DNA of 64,000 bases from the NCBI GenBank assembly GCA_963778655.1, contig CAVZVA010000009.1:544001-608000 (forward strand), given 5' to 3'. The position numbers and the translations under genes were made by a program. A model generated the notes under the pieces. That model was not told the origin of the DNA. It did no database searches and saw only the letters and a program-made list of their open reading frames with translations. The first letter of the stretch is position 1; every line of letters starts with the position of its first letter. The DNA comes from an uncultured delta proteobacterium (GTDB lineage Bacteria; Myxococcota_A; Polyangia; Polyangiales; JAFGIB01). Of this stretch, positions 40,432-52,497 are shown in pieces.

Positions 40432-43083
40432 TCACTTGTGGCGAGGATCTGCCTCCGTGTCACCTTGCCGAACCTCTCGCTGTGCCTGGTCCCAATCCTC
40501 GGCCGCGTGGCCCTCCTGACGACCCCGCTGGGCATACAGCTCATAGGCACGCTTGGCGATCTCCGGTGTCAAATCGGATGATGCACTGACCGCAGCTTCC
40601 GGCTTGGGCCCGGAGGCGTCCGTCTCAGTCTTGGTGCCGGGCCTCGGAGAATCGAAAATCCGATATGCCAGCAATTTGACGCGGTCATTCACCAGGAACC
40701 ACGCGAGTGCATAGCCCCAGACGACCAGCGCCCAGCTCCAGCCCAGAGGCGTCATGAACAACCCGTACACCGCGATCAACGTTGCAGCAATTTGCGTGCC
40801 GAGCACGGCCAGCCACAACACCTTCGCGGGGCGGATGGACCAAAACGGGCCGCGTGTCCGCGTCAGGAATATCGTCAGATGTCCCGCCACCGACAGCTTC
40901 AAATACATCAGGGTTTGAATGTGCGGGCGGTCGAGATGGAAGACCCGCTCACCGAGGTAGAACAAGCCAAACGCGGCGACGACCCCGATGACGCCCAGCA
41001 CCGTGGAGATCCCCAGGACCATGCGCATGTTCCAGGCTTCGGGCTGGTCCTTGTAATGTACGTTGTCGTAGGCGATGGAAAGGATCGCGCCGTCATTGAG
41101 CAGTGCCAACATCACGATCATCACCGCGGTCAATGGGTAGAAATTGAAGAGCAGGATCGACAGCGTCATGAAGAACAGCACGCGTAGCGTTTCCGCGATG
41201 CGGTAAATCGCATAGCTGTTCATTCGTTGAAAGATTCTCCGGCTTTCCTTGATCGCGTCGATGATCACCGACAGCCCAGGTGTCATCAGCACAATGGCCG
41301 CGGCCGCTCGTGCTGCGTCGGTCGCGTCGGAAACGGCGATGCCACAGTCGGCCTTCTTCAGCGCGGGGGCGTCATTCACTCCGTCGCCGGTCATGCCCAC
41401 GATGTGACCGCGCTTTTGCAGGACGTCGACGATATGGAACTTGTGCTCCGGAAATACCTGCGCAAAGCCGTCGGCGTTCTCGATCGACTCGGCAACGGGT
41501 CCGATTTCCTCCCTTTTCGAATCGCCAAGGCTACTGGCGTCGAGGATATTTGCCCCCAGGTCGAGCTTCTTCGCCGTTTCCTTGGCGATCGCAAGTGCGT
41601 CGCCCGTCACCATCTTGACCTTCACACCCATCGCGAGCGCGGTCGCTATGGTTTCCTTCGCGTCGTCCCGCGGCGGATCGAACAAGGGCAGCACCCCAAC
41701 AAAGCTCCACTCGCCGTCGTCGCGGGCCGCAGCGACGCCCAGGGACCGAAAGCCGCGCTCGGCGAACTCATTGACCGCTGCGTCGACCGCGGGCCTGACC
41801 TGGTCCGCATTAGTCGACAGCCCCAAGATCACCTGCGGAGCACCCTTCGTGACCTTGAACTGCTTTCCATCTGTACCCCTGACACTCGCTTCAGTGCGCT
41901 TGTGCACTGGATCGAATGGCTGAAAATGCAAGACCTCGTAGCCTTTCAAGGCCTGGTCATCTTTCACTCCGCCCAGCACGGCCAAGTCGATGGTGTCTTT
42001 GTTGTCAGCGCGCGACGCCAACGCTGCATCGACGATGAGCTCCTCTGTGGCAATATTGTCGACGCTAAAGGGTTCGCCCAGCGTGAGCTTGTTCTGGGTC
42101 AGCGTGCCAGTCTTGTCCGCGCACAGCACGTCCACCCCCGCCAATTCCTCGATGGCGACCAACTGACTCACAATCGCCTCCTTCTTGGCGAGAAGGCGCG
42201 CGCCGACCGCCATCGTGACCGACAACACCGTGGGCATCGCCACCGGAATTGCCGCGACGGTAAGCACCAGGGCAAACTGCAAGGTCGTCAGAATTGGGTC
42301 CCCGCGGAAAATCGCAACGGCAACGATCACAGCCACGAGCGCCACGGCAAGGATGATCAGATAGTTGCCGATCTTTAGGACCGCCCTCTGAAAGTGGCTG
42401 ACGGTGTGCGCATCCTGGACCAGTCGCGCCGTCTTGCCGAAGTACGTGCCTGCACCCGTGGCATAGACCAAGGCGTCAATTTCGCCCTGACGAATGATCG
42501 ACCCCGAAAACACCGCCTCGCCGGGTTTTCGGGTGGCGGGCAATGACTCCCCAGTGAGCGCGGATTGATCCACCTCCACCGGGTTCCCGTCCAGCAAGCG
42601 CGCGTCGGCCGGAACGATATCACCCAGAAGCAGGCGAATGACGTCGCCCGGCACGACCTCGCGTGCCGCGGGATTGATCCATTTGCCGTCACGTTTCACC
42701 CGAGCCTTAATTGCCAGCTTCTTCTTTAGGGCCTCAATCGCGTTGCCCGCCTCGCGCTCCTCCCAGAACCCAACCACAGCGTTGGCCAGAAGAAGAACCA
42801 GGATGATGCCGAAGTCCGGCCAATGCCTGTCCACCGCCGAGAGCACGACGGCTGCTTCGATCATCCACGGAATGGGCCCCCAAAAATAGCTGAGGAATTT
42901 GAGAACCAGATTGGTCTTCTCCTCCTCGATCTCGTTCGGCCCATGCTGCGCCAGCCGTTTGGCCGCCTCGGCCTCGCTGAGGCCGTCCGGGGACGTCTCC
43001 AACTTCTCTTGCAGCTTCGCCATGGGAAGCGTCTTGAGGTCGTCCTTCGCAGCGGGCTTGGATTCCGGCGTCGACGTGCTCAT
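40432..43083 (-). CDS. P3A-type proton-efflux P-type ATPase with C-terminal DUF2934-like tail
   Basis: WGPIPWMIE, DQSALTGES, AAIPVAMPTVLSVTMAVG, CADKTGTLT, KGAPQ, TGDGVNDAPALK, ALLNDG; tail IAKRAYELYAQRGRQEGHAAEDWDQAQRE. Confidence 0.95.
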   Translation of the reverse strand: MSTSTPESKPAAKDDLKTLPMAKLQEKLETSPDGLSEAEAAKRLAQHGPNEIEEEKTNLVLKFLSYFWGPIPWMIEAAVVLSAVDRHWPDFGIILVLLLANAVVGFWEEREAGNAIEALKKKLAIKARVKRDGKWINPAAREVVPGDVIRLLLGDIVPADARLLDGNPVEVDQSALTGESLPATRKPGEAVFSGSIIRQGEIDALVYATGAGTYFGKTARLVQDAHTVSHFQRAVLKIGNYLIILAVALVAVIVAVAIFRGDPILTTLQFALVLTVAAIPVAMPTVLSVTMAVGARLLAKKEAIVSQLVAIEELAGVDVLCADKTGTLTQNKLTLGEPFSVDNIATEELIVDAALASRADNKDTIDLAVLGGVKDDQALKGYEVLHFQPFDPVHKRTEASVRGTDGKQFKVTKGAPQVILGLSTNADQVRPAVDAAVNEFAERGFRSLGVAAARDDGEWSFVGVLPLFDPPRDDAKETIATALAMGVKVKMVTGDALAIAKETAKKLDLGANILDASSLGDSKREEIGPVAESIENADGFAQVFPEHKFHIVDVLQKRGHIVGMTGDGVNDAPALKKADCGIAVSDATDAARAAAAIVLMTPGLSVIIDAIKESRRIFQRMNSYAIYRIAETLRVLFFMTLSILLFNFYPLTAVMIVMLALLNDGAILSIAYDNVHYKDQPEAWNMRMVLGISTVLGVIGVVAAFGLFYLGERVFHLDRPHIQTLMYLKLSVAGHLTIFLTRTRGPFWSIRPAKVLWLAVLGTQIAATLIAVYGLFMTPLGWSWALVVWGYALAWFLVNDRVKLLAYRIFDSPRPGTKTETDASGPKPEAAVSASSDLTPEIAKRAYELYAQRGRQEGHAAEDWDQAQREVRQGDTEADPRHK

Positions 43084-44117
43084 ACCTTCTCCATTGCGGC
43101 AGTGTATTCACCACGGCGCGCAGCCCGATTGCACCTGATCCTATGCGTCAGAGCTTGCTGTGCCGCCAACACGTGCGACGCTTCACCGCGCCACATCTCG
43201 AGGGCCGGTTGCTGGATGGCGCGCGCAAACGAGAAGGTCAGAGCCCAAGGCGCTCGCGACTTGAATCTGACGTTCATTGCGTTCAACCGTGCCGACGCGA
43301 GCGCGGGCGCTTGCCCGCCAGACAAGAACGCAACACCGGGCACAGCAGCCGGAACACTTCGCAGAAGACATCGAGCTGTGAGAGCGGCCACGTCATCGAC
43401 CGTCTCTTGCCTCGAACAACTCGATCCCGGAAGCACCATGTTAGGCTTCAGCAGAATGCCCTCGAGAGTAACCCGTTGTGCGTAGAGCTGGTTGAAGACC
43501 GTTTGCAGAACCTCTTCCGTGACCTCGAAGCAGCGCTTCATGGTGTGGTCGCCGTCCATGAGCACTTCCGGTTCGACGATCGGAGCCATCTCCGTCTCCT
43601 GGCACAATGCCGCGTAGCGAGCCAATGCCTGCGCGTTGGCCTCGATGCAACCGCGGCTCGGAAGGCCACCGTCCACGACGAAAACTGCCCTCCACTTGGC
43701 GAAGCGCGCCCCCATTCGTGAGTAGTCAGCCAGCCGCTCGCGCAGTCCGTCTAGGCCTTCGGTTACCTTCTCTCTCGGATGACCGGCCATGTCCTTGGCA
43801 CCCGTGTCCACTTTGATGCCAGGAACGATTCCAGCATCGGTGAGGGCTGTGACAAATGACCTGCCATCTTCTAGGTGCTGCCGGATTGTCTCGTCATATA
43901 GGATCGCACCACTAATGCATTGACCGAGCTCTGGCGCAGTAACAATCAACTCTCGATAGGTGCGCCGTGTCTCTTCGGTCTGGGGGATTCCCAAGCTCGC
44001 AAACCGGGCGTTGCAAGTCGAATTGCTCTCGTCCATGGCAAGCAGGCCCTTGTCATCGGCGACCAAGGCTTTTGCCGTGGCGATGAGCGCTTGTCCTTTC
44101 ACTTCAGGCTGCTCCAC
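43080..44117 (-). CDS. fba: Class I fructose-bisphosphate aldolase
   Basis: [47 protein letters not shown]. Confidence 0.96.
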   Translation of the reverse strand: MEQPEVKGQALIATAKALVADDKGLLAMDESNSTCNARFASLGIPQTEETRRTYRELIVTAPELGQCISGAILYDETIRQHLEDGRSFVTALTDAGIVPGIKVDTGAKDMAGHPREKVTEGLDGLRERLADYSRMGARFAKWRAVFVVDGGLPSRGCIEANAQALARYAALCQETEMAPIVEPEVLMDGDHTMKRCFEVTEEVLQTVFNQLYAQRVTLEGILLKPNMVLPGSSCSRQETVDDVAALTARCLLRSVPAAVPGVAFLSGGQAPALASARLNAMNVRFKSRAPWALTFSFARAIQQPALEMWRGEASHVLAAQQALTHRIRCNRAARRGEYTAAMEKV

Positions 44118-46468
44118 TTCCAGTTGCGAACTTCCGGCATGTCCTGGCCGTTCTTGGTGATGTATTGCTTGTGCTCGATCAGTTTGTCCTTGAGCTGCTG
44201 CTTTAGGTAAACGCCCGCGTCGCCGGTCTGTGGTAGGCGGTCGATGGTGTCCATCACGAGATGAAAGCGGTCCATGTCGTTCAGTACGGTCATGTCGAAG
44301 GGCGTAGTGATGGTGCCCTCCTCCTTGTAGCCGCGAACGTGAATGTTATCGTGGTTGGTTCGGCGGTAGGTCAGCCGGTGGATCAACCACGGGTAAGCAT
44401 GGAAGGCGAAGATGACCGGTTTGTCCTTGGTGAAGAGCTCATCGAAATCCGTGTCGCTCAGACCGTGCGGGTGCTCGGTTTGCGGTTGGAGCTTCATCAG
44501 GTCGACGACGTTGACCACGCGAATTCTGAGCTCGGGCAGGCGCTCGCGCATGATCGACACGGCTGCGAGCGTCTCCAGCGTCGGCACATCCCCACAGCAG
44601 GCCATGACGACGTCCGGCGCAGCGCCCTGGTCATTGCTGGCCCACTGCCAGATGCCGATGCCTTCGGCGCAGTGCTCGACGGCAGCATCCATCGCCAACC
44701 ATTGTGGCGCCGGGTGCTTGCCCGCGATCACGACGTTGACGTAGTGGCGGCTACGCAAGCAGTGGTCTATCACCGAGAGCAGGCAGTTTGCATCCGGCGG
44801 AAGATAGACCCGGACGATCTCGGCCTTTTTGTTCACGACGTGATCGATGAAACCGGGATCCTGGTGGGTGAAGCCGTTGTGATCTTGGCGCCAGACGTGC
44901 GACGCCAAGAGGTAGTTCAGCGAAGCGATTTTGCGGCGCCACGGCAGATCTGCGGTCACCTTGAGCCACTTGGCGTGTTGGTTGAACATCGAGTCGATGA
45001 TGTGAATGAAAGCCTCGTAGCAATTGAAAATGCCGTGCCGTCCCGTGAGCAGGTAACCCTCGAGCCAGCCCTCGCATTGATGCTCGCTGAGCATTTCCAT
45101 GACGCGCCCAGTGGGCGCGAGAAACTCGTCGTTGGCCACGGTAGCGGCGTCCCACTGGCGTTTGGTCACCTCGAAGATCGCCTCCAGGCCGTTGGAAATT
45201 GTTTCGTCAGGGCCAAAGACGCGGAAATTCCGCTGTTCGGCGTTCAGTTGCGCGACATCGCGCAGGAATCGTCCGAGCACGTGCGTGTCGCCAATGCCGC
45301 GTACGCCGGGTGAAGGCACCTCGGCGGCGTACTCGCGAAAGTCGGGCATTCGCAGGTCGCGCAGCAGCATGCCGCCGTTGGCGTGGGGATTGGCGCCCAT
45401 GCGTCGCTCGCCCTTGGGCGCAAGCTCTGCCAGTTCCGCCTTCAAGCGGCCCCGCTCGTCGAATAACTCGTGGGGCCGGTAGCTCCGCAGCCAGGTCTCC
45501 AATAGCTGGAGGTGCTTCGGGTGGGTGGCCGGGTCGGAGAGCGGCACCTGGTGGGCGCGGAAGGTGCCTTCAACCTGCAGTCCGTCGACGATCTTGGGCC
45601 CCGTCCAGCCCTTGGGGGACTTGAGAACGATCATCGGCCAGCGCGGACGTACGAACTTTCCATGAAGGCGGGCGTCCTGCTGGATCCTTCTGATCTCCTC
45701 AATGGCCTCATCCAGCGCGGACGCCATGGCCTCGTGCATGAGCTCAGGCTCGTGACCCTCGACGAAGTAGGGCGTCCAGCCATAGCCGCGGAGCAGTTGC
45801 TCCAATTCGTCAGGTTCGATGCGCGCGAGGATGGTTGGGTTTGAAATCTTGTAGCCGTTGAGGTGCAAGATCGGCAGCACCGCTCCGTCTGTGACGGGAT
45901 CGAGAAACTTGTTGGAATGCCACGCCGTGGCCAACGGACCTGTCTCCGCCTCACCATCACCAATGACGCAGGCGACGACGAGATCGGGATTGTCGAATAC
46001 TGCCCCGAACGAGTGGCTGAGGGAGTAGCCCAGCTCTCCCCCCTCGTGAATGGAGCCCGGGCACTCCGGTGATGCGTGGCTTGGAATGCCTCCGGGAAAC
46101 GAAAACTGAAGGAAGAGCTTCCGCAGGCCCGACTCGTCTCGACTGACGTCGGGATAAATCTCGCTGTAAGTGCCTTCGAGGTAGGTGTTGCCCACGACGG
46201 CCGGGCCGCCGTGCCCGGGACCGGAGACGTAGATCATGTCGAGGTCGTACTTCTTGATAATCCGGTTCAGGTGCACATAGATGAAGTTCTGTCCGGGCGT
46301 CGTGCCCCAATGTCCCAACAGCATGTGCTTCACGTCGGCGAGCGTTAGCGGCCGCTTTAGCAGCGGATTTTCGTACAGATAGATCTGGCCGACCGCCAAA
46401 TAATTGGCCGCGCGCCAGTAGGCATCCATCTTGCGAAGAAGGTCGTCGGTGAGCACTTTGGGTTTCAT
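44099..46468 (-). CDS. xfp: Phosphoketolase (XFP family)
   Basis: [44 protein letters not shown]. Confidence 0.97.
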   Translation of the reverse strand: MKPKVLTDDLLRKMDAYWRAANYLAVGQIYLYENPLLKRPLTLADVKHMLLGHWGTTPGQNFIYVHLNRIIKKYDLDMIYVSGPGHGGPAVVGNTYLEGTYSEIYPDVSRDESGLRKLFLQFSFPGGIPSHASPECPGSIHEGGELGYSLSHSFGAVFDNPDLVVACVIGDGEAETGPLATAWHSNKFLDPVTDGAVLPILHLNGYKISNPTILARIEPDELEQLLRGYGWTPYFVEGHEPELMHEAMASALDEAIEEIRRIQQDARLHGKFVRPRWPMIVLKSPKGWTGPKIVDGLQVEGTFRAHQVPLSDPATHPKHLQLLETWLRSYRPHELFDERGRLKAELAELAPKGERRMGANPHANGGMLLRDLRMPDFREYAAEVPSPGVRGIGDTHVLGRFLRDVAQLNAEQRNFRVFGPDETISNGLEAIFEVTKRQWDAATVANDEFLAPTGRVMEMLSEHQCEGWLEGYLLTGRHGIFNCYEAFIHIIDSMFNQHAKWLKVTADLPWRRKIASLNYLLASHVWRQDHNGFTHQDPGFIDHVVNKKAEIVRVYLPPDANCLLSVIDHCLRSRHYVNVVIAGKHPAPQWLAMDAAVEHCAEGIGIWQWASNDQGAAPDVVMACCGDVPTLETLAAVSIMRERLPELRIRVVNVVDLMKLQPQTEHPHGLSDTDFDELFTKDKPVIFAFHAYPWLIHRLTYRRTNHDNIHVRGYKEEGTITTPFDMTVLNDMDRFHLVMDTIDRLPQTGDAGVYLKQQLKDKLIEHKQYITKNGQDMPEVRNWKWSSLK

Positions 46469-46491
46469 GTTTCTATCTTCCGAATTGAAGC

Positions 46492-49039
46492 TCATCGCTG
46501 CCACAGGATTCGAGCGTTTTCGAGTGGCACGGCGACACCGTCGAAGCGTGGTAGGACTCGCGCTGTGTAGTCGCCTGCAGGGCGGGCCGCGGACACAGGC
46601 GCGCTGTAGAGGTAGCCACCGGAGGCGCCGGCCAGGCGCCGGTCTCGCTTCATTTCGTGCTGCACGGGAGCGCCGTCCATGAGGCCATCGGCAAAAAGCT
46701 CTACGCGCACGGTCTTGGGGTCGAGCTCGCCGAGATACACCTGGACCTCGAATACGTGCTGATCGCCTCGCTCCTCGATCTTCAGCTCGCCGAAGCGCAC
46801 CGTGGCCCAGTTCTGTTCCAGGTTGTGTTTCCATTCGACAATCTGCTTGCCGATGGCCCCTTTGTTCGCGCTTCGCAGACGGTAAGCGTTCGCCGCCGGA
46901 AGATAGTGTTCCTCGGTGTATTCACGCACCGTGCGGTTGGTAGAGAAGTGCGGCGTCAACCGGGCCATGCTTTCCCGCATCCGCTTGACCCATGCGGTCG
47001 GAATTCCGTCTTCGCCACGGGCATAGAACTCCGGGATTACCTTCCGCTCCAGCAGGTCGTAAAGCGCGTCGGCTTCTGCCGCGTCCCAGACGAGGTCGTC
47101 ACCGTGTTCCTGGCCGTCCCCCAGCGCCCACCCCAGCTCAGGCGCGTAGGCCTCCGCCCACCAGCCGTCCAATTCGGAGAGGTTGATGCCGCCGTTGACC
47201 AGCACCTTCATGCCGCTTGTTCCGCTCGCTTCCCAGGGTCGCCGTGGGGTGTTGATCCAGACGTCCACGCCTTGCACCAGATGCTCCGTCAACAGCATGT
47301 CGTAGTCGCTCAGAAAGACGATGTGAGATCGGTTTCCTGGCTGGCGGATGAACGTCACCCACTCATGGATCAAGGCCTGCCCCGCGTGATCCTCCGGATG
47401 GGCCTTGCCGGCGATGATGAGCTGCACCGGGCGGTCAGAATTCGGTCAAAAGCCGCAGCAAGCGCGCCCGATCATGCAGCAGCAGGTTCGGTCTCTTGTA
47501 GGTCGCGAAGCGGCGCGCAAAGCCGAGGGTCAATGCGTCGGGATCGAACACATGCTGCGCGGCTTCGATCGCCTCGGGCGAAGCGCCCGAGATGGTGAGT
47601 TGCCGGGACAATCGCCCGCGGGCATATTCAACCAGTGCCTTGCTGGTTGCGGTACGAAATTTCCAGAGCCTGGCGTCGGACACGCGCCGCATGTCCTGCT
47701 CCAAGGTGTCCACGGTCCCCAACCAGCGGTCCTTGCCACAGGCTTCCGTCCAGAGGTCATCGGCCTCGGCCGAATCCCAGGTCGGCATGTGTACCCCGTT
47801 CGTCACGTGCCCGACCGGCACTTCGCTCTCCGGCCAGTGCGGAAAGAGCGGCTCGAAGATGTGCCGGCTCACCTTTCCGTGCAGGCGGCTCACGGCGTTG
47901 ACCTCGCCGCTGCCGCGGATTGCCAAGTAGGCCATGTTGAAGCTCTCGGAGGAGTCGTCTGGGTTCTGGCGCCCGAGGGCCAGCAGGTCGTGGAGTGTTA
48001 TCCCCAGCTTCTGCTCGGCATAGCCAGCGAGGTATCGCTTGATGAGTGCCGGGGCGAATCGGTCGAAGCCGGCGGCGACCGCCGTGTGGGTAGTGAAAAG
48101 GTTGCCAGCTCGAGTGACGGCAAGGGCGACTTCGAACGGCTGCGCGGTTTCTTGCATGAAGCTGAGTGCGCGTTCCAAGACGGCAAAGGCCGCGTGCCCT
48201 TCATTGAGATGACAGACCTCCGGTTGGATGCCAAGCGCAGCAAGGAGTCTCCATCCGCCAATCCCGAGCAGCAGCTCTTGCTTGAGGCGAAGCTCAGGTC
48301 CGCCGCCATACAGCTCGTTGGTGATCGCACGATGAGCGGGAAAATTGGCCGCGTCATTGCTATCGAGCAGGTAAAGCTTCACTCGGCCGACCTGGACCTG
48401 CCACGCGCGCACCCAAACCGAGTAGCCGGGCAACGCGATCTCCAACCGGAGCCACTCGCCATTCGCTTGGCGCAATGGGGTGATTGGCAGCTGTCCGGGA
48501 TCGTTGTACGGAAATAGGGCCTGTTGCGATCCGTCCTGGGTGATCACCTGGCGAAAATAGCCTTGTTGGTACAGCAGGCCCACGCCGACCACTGGCACGC
48601 CGAGATCGCTGGTCGCTTTGAGCTGATCGCCGGCGACATTGCCAAGGCCGCCCGAGTAGATGGGCAGAGCTTCGCTCAACATGAATTCCATGCTGAAATA
48701 CGCGGCGCAGCTCAGCGGGCTCTGTGAATGGTGCTGCTGAAACCACGCAGGCGCCTCCGCCGATTTGCGCCTGACGCGGACGAGCGCGTCAACTCTCTTG
48801 CGAAAGACGGGATCGGCCAGCAGCCGCTCGATCCGCTCGCGCGAGACTGTCTGAAGAACAACCCAGGGGTTATGCGTGATTTCCCATAGTTGAGGGTCGA
48901 GCTGGCGCCACACGTCGTCGGTAGCGTGATTCCATGACCACCGCATATTCAGGGCGAGCTCGGCGAGGAAATCGAAGCCTTCGACTTCCATCGGTAGAAG
49001 CCCATAGATCGGATGGCTGACTCGGGTTTCTTTGCTCAT
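46492..49039 (-). CDS. glgP: Alpha-glucan phosphorylase; split by an apparent +1 insertion at about 47443
   Basis: [28 protein letters not shown] in ORF 47435..49039; [15 protein letters not shown] in ORF 46492..47427. Removing one G from ACC-G-AAT-TCT restores [13 protein letters not shown] (848 aa). Confidence 0.93.
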
Positions 49040-49112
49040 GGTGATTGAATGTAGGAGTGGGATTGCACGTTGCGCGACGCTTCAGTGTGTGGGCTTGCTG
49101 GCTTGCGGCGAG

Positions 49113-50768
49113 CTACGCTCCAGGGCCGCCCTCGAAACACCGGCTGACAGCCGTCTGGGCCTCGTCCAGGATGCGGTGCAGATGATCTGCGCCCTGGAAG
49201 CTTTCCGCGTAGATCTTGTAGATATCCTCGGTCCCCGATGGGCGAGCCGCAAACCATCCGCTTTCAGCTATTACCTTGAGGCCGCCGAGCGGCGCGCCGT
49301 TGCCCGGCGCGCGAGTGAGGACCGTCTGGATCTTTTCGCCCGCCAAGTCGCTGATCGCGATCTGGTCAGGCGAGAGCTCTGCCAACAACTTCTTTTGAGC
49401 CGGCGTAGCGGGCGCCTCGACGCGCTCGTAAAGGGGCTCCCCGAAGTCGCGCGTGAGCTCGCAATAGATCTCGCCGGGGTCGCGGTTCATCCGCGCGGTG
49501 ATTTCGGCCGCGAGTAGTGCCGGGACAATTCCGTCTTTGTCTGTCGTCCAGACGCTGCCATCCAGCCGAAGCAGAGATGCGCCGGCGCTTTCCTCGCAGC
49601 CGACGCCAAGTGATCCGTCGAGTAGACCCTCGACAAACCACTTGAAACCGACCGGGACTTCGTACAGCTTTCGGCCGAGCCTGGTGGTGACGCGGTCGAT
49701 CATTTGACTGCTCACCACGGTCTTTCCGATTGCCGCGTCCTGGCGCCACTTGGGCCGGTGTTGGAACAGGTAGAAGATCGCGGCCGATAGGTAGTGGTTG
49801 GGTGGCAGCAGTCCCGCGCTTTTGGTGACGACGCCGTGCCGGTCGTGGTCGGTATCGCAGGCGAAGGCGATCTCGAAGCGGTCCTTGAGGGCGATCAACT
49901 TCTGCATTGCGTAGGGGGACGATGGATCCATACGGATCTGGCCGTCCCAGTCCACGGTCATGAACCGAAAGGTCGGGTCAACGGCCTCGTTCACCACCGT
50001 GAGGCTCAAGCCGTAGCGCTCGGCGATTGGCCCCCAGTAGTGGACACCGGCGCCTCCAAGGGGGTCGACTCCGATGCGGATCTTCGCGTGGCGAATGGAA
50101 TCCAGGTCGAGCACATTGGCGAGGTCGGCGACGTATGCATTGAGATAGTCGTGCCGGTGCGTCGTCGAGGCATGGAGAGCTCTCTCGAATGGAATCCGCT
50201 TCAACCCCAGCAGGTCGTTCTCGAGCAGGGCGTTCGCTTTCGCCTCGATCCAGGCGGTGACGGCAGATGCGGCCGGGCCGCCGTTTGGGGGGTTGTATTT
50301 GAACCCGCCGTCATGGGGCGGATTGTGCGACGGAGTAATGACGATACCGTCGGCAAGCCCTGTCTTGCGCGCGCGGTTGTACGTGAGAATGGCGTGGGAA
50401 ATCGCGGGCGTCGGGGTGTACTCGTCTCCCGCCGCGAGCATCACTTCCACCCCGTTGGCGGCCAGCACCTCGAGCGCGCTGGCAAGGGCAGGCACGGACA
50501 GGGCATGCGTGTCCATGCCTAGAAAGAGCGGGCCGTCGATCTTCTCCTGCTTCCGGTACAGGCAAATGGCCTGACTTATCGCGAGGATGTGCCGTTCATT
50601 GAAGGCCGTTTCAAACGCAGACCCGCGGTGGCCCGAAGTGCCGAACGCGACCCGTTGTTCCGGCACTGAAGGATCTGGCTTCTCCGTATAGTAGGCCGTG
50701 ACGAGTCTGGGCACGTCCACCAGCATCGAAGCTTCGGCCAGCTTTCCTGCACGAGAGCTTACCTTCAT
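49113..50768 (-). CDS. pgm: Phosphoglucomutase
   Basis: FGTSGHRG, TPSHNPP, DTDHDRH, GCEESAG, RPSGTE. Confidence 0.97.
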   Translation of the reverse strand: MKVSSRAGKLAEASMLVDVPRLVTAYYTEKPDPSVPEQRVAFGTSGHRGSAFETAFNERHILAISQAICLYRKQEKIDGPLFLGMDTHALSVPALASALEVLAANGVEVMLAAGDEYTPTPAISHAILTYNRARKTGLADGIVITPSHNPPHDGGFKYNPPNGGPAASAVTAWIEAKANALLENDLLGLKRIPFERALHASTTHRHDYLNAYVADLANVLDLDSIRHAKIRIGVDPLGGAGVHYWGPIAERYGLSLTVVNEAVDPTFRFMTVDWDGQIRMDPSSPYAMQKLIALKDRFEIAFACDTDHDRHGVVTKSAGLLPPNHYLSAAIFYLFQHRPKWRQDAAIGKTVVSSQMIDRVTTRLGRKLYEVPVGFKWFVEGLLDGSLGVGCEESAGASLLRLDGSVWTTDKDGIVPALLAAEITARMNRDPGEIYCELTRDFGEPLYERVEAPATPAQKKLLAELSPDQIAISDLAGEKIQTVLTRAPGNGAPLGGLKVIAESGWFAARPSGTEDIYKIYAESFQGADHLHRILDEAQTAVSRCFEGGPGA

Positions 50769-50865
50769 GACTCCTCGGCGAAGGCCGCGGTGGAACTTTG
50801 CATCAGCGCTTCAGCGGCTGCACAGGCCCGGCTTTGGTGGCATAAGCACGCTTTGAGGAGGCGCC

Positions 50866-51477
50866 ATGCCGGCGGCACTGGAGGGTCGCGACATGTTCAA
50901 GCTCTGGCTCGTACGTCACGGGGAAACCAGGTGGAGCGCCGCGGGCCGCCACACGGGGCGCACCGATCTCGCGCTCACGGCGCGCGGCGAACGGCAGGCC
51001 GAGCATCTGCGACTGCGGCTCAGCGGGCGGGATTTTGCGCTCGTGCTGACAAGCACTCTGCGACGCGCGCGCGACACGTGTCGAATCGCGGGTTATGAGG
51101 ACCGTGCGCTTCCGGACACCGATCTCTGCGAATGGGACTACGGTCGCTACGAGGGTCGGACCAGCGACGAAATCCGGCTCGAGGACCCGGGCTGGACAAT
51201 TTGGGATGCTGGAGTCCCAGGCGGCGAGACGCTGGCTGAGGTGGGGGTTCGTGTGGATCGCGTGCTCGCCCGCGCCCTCGAGGCGCCGGGCGACGTCGCG
51301 CTCTTCTCCCACGGCCATTTGCTGCGGATCCTCGCCGCACGCTGGCTGCGCCTGGCGCCTGAGACGGGACGCGCGTTCGCGCTGCACGCGGCCTCGGTGA
51401 GCGTTCTGGGCTGCGAGTCCGAGGAGCGCGTCATCGAGCTCTGGAACGACGTCAACCACCTCGCGGCGGGGGAGTGA
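50866..51477 (+). CDS. Histidine phosphatase (phosphoglycerate-mutase-like)
   Basis: LVRHGET, EWDYG, FSHGH. Confidence 0.93.
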   Translation: MPAALEGRDMFKLWLVRHGETRWSAAGRHTGRTDLALTARGERQAEHLRLRLSGRDFALVLTSTLRRARDTCRIAGYEDRALPDTDLCEWDYGRYEGRTSDEIRLEDPGWTIWDAGVPGGETLAEVGVRVDRVLARALEAPGDVALFSHGHLLRILAARWLRLAPETGRAFALHAASVSVLGCESEERVIELWNDVNHLAAGE

Positions 51478-51784
51478 TCGAAGAGGTGCTGCGGGATGCA
51501 GAAGTGCAACTCGCATGCGCTCTTGAAGTCGGGCCTCCGATCGCGCGGCGAACAGTGACGCGGATCCGCGCCATGCGTCCACCGGGCAATGTCGCATCCA
51601 TAGCGCCGACCACGGCGCCATGAAGAGTGCTCTCGCAGAATAGGGTTTCGGGCTGGCATGGCGCGGATCATTGCCGCGTGCTCGAATGGTGGAAGTGGCG
51701 GCCAAGGAACGACGCTTTCGAGGCGGGTCTTGACGCATTTGCCAGCCACGACGCATGGGCTGCACGAGACGCCGGGTAGACAAT

Positions 51785-52429
51785 ATGAGTAAGGGATCCG
51801 AGAAGACGGAGACGGCCCGCATCGAAGCATTCAGCGACGGTGTGTTTGCGATCGCCATCACGCTTCTCGGACTCGGGCTCAGGGCGCCCGTCCAGGATGA
51901 TGCCTCGTTGGGTGCTTCGCTCCTAGCGGGCTGGCCCTCGTACGTGGCGTTCTTCACCAGCTTCATCACCATTGCGATCATCTGGATCAACCATCACCGG
52001 CTTTTCACGCACATCTACCGCGTCGACCATGCATTGCTGCTCTTGAACGGCCTCCTTCTCATGACTGTCACGGTGGTCCCATTCGGAACCACGGTCCTCG
52101 CTGAGCACCTCGGGCGCTCCGACCAGCAGACCGCGGCGATATTGTACACCGGCGTATTCATAGCGGTGACCGGCACATTCAACCTGTTGTGGCGGCACGC
52201 TGCACGGCGCCACCGGTTGATCGACCAAGTCGTGGACCAACGGATGATCCGGCGGATCAACCTCCAATATGGGTTTGGACCGGTGTTGTACACGGTGTCT
52301 TGTTGCCTCGCGCTGGCCGCGCCCTGGGCGAGTGTCGGAGCAGACCTGCTGTTGGCCGCGTTCTTCTCGCTGCCAGTGTTGAACTGGACCCGCGCGACAG
52401 GCGCTGGAATCGTGCAGGAGCCAGAATGA
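51785..52429 (+). CDS. TMEM175-family potassium channel
   Basis: RIEAFSDGVFAIAITLL signature; WINHH; several TM segments. Confidence 0.93.
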   Translation: MSKGSEKTETARIEAFSDGVFAIAITLLGLGLRAPVQDDASLGASLLAGWPSYVAFFTSFITIAIIWINHHRLFTHIYRVDHALLLLNGLLLMTVTVVPFGTTVLAEHLGRSDQQTAAILYTGVFIAVTGTFNLLWRHAARRHRLIDQVVDQRMIRRINLQYGFGPVLYTVSCCLALAAPWASVGADLLLAAFFSLPVLNWTRATGAGIVQEPE

Positions 52430-52497
52430 CGAACGCGGTGGGCTTCCGAGTTGCACATGCGCGCACCGCGCGTAGGTGCAAGGCAAGCTCCGGAGGC

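Noticed and set aside
44099..46834. 911-aa extended phosphoketolase
   Set aside because: The extension overlaps the glgP 3' end; similarity begins at MKPKVLT (46468).
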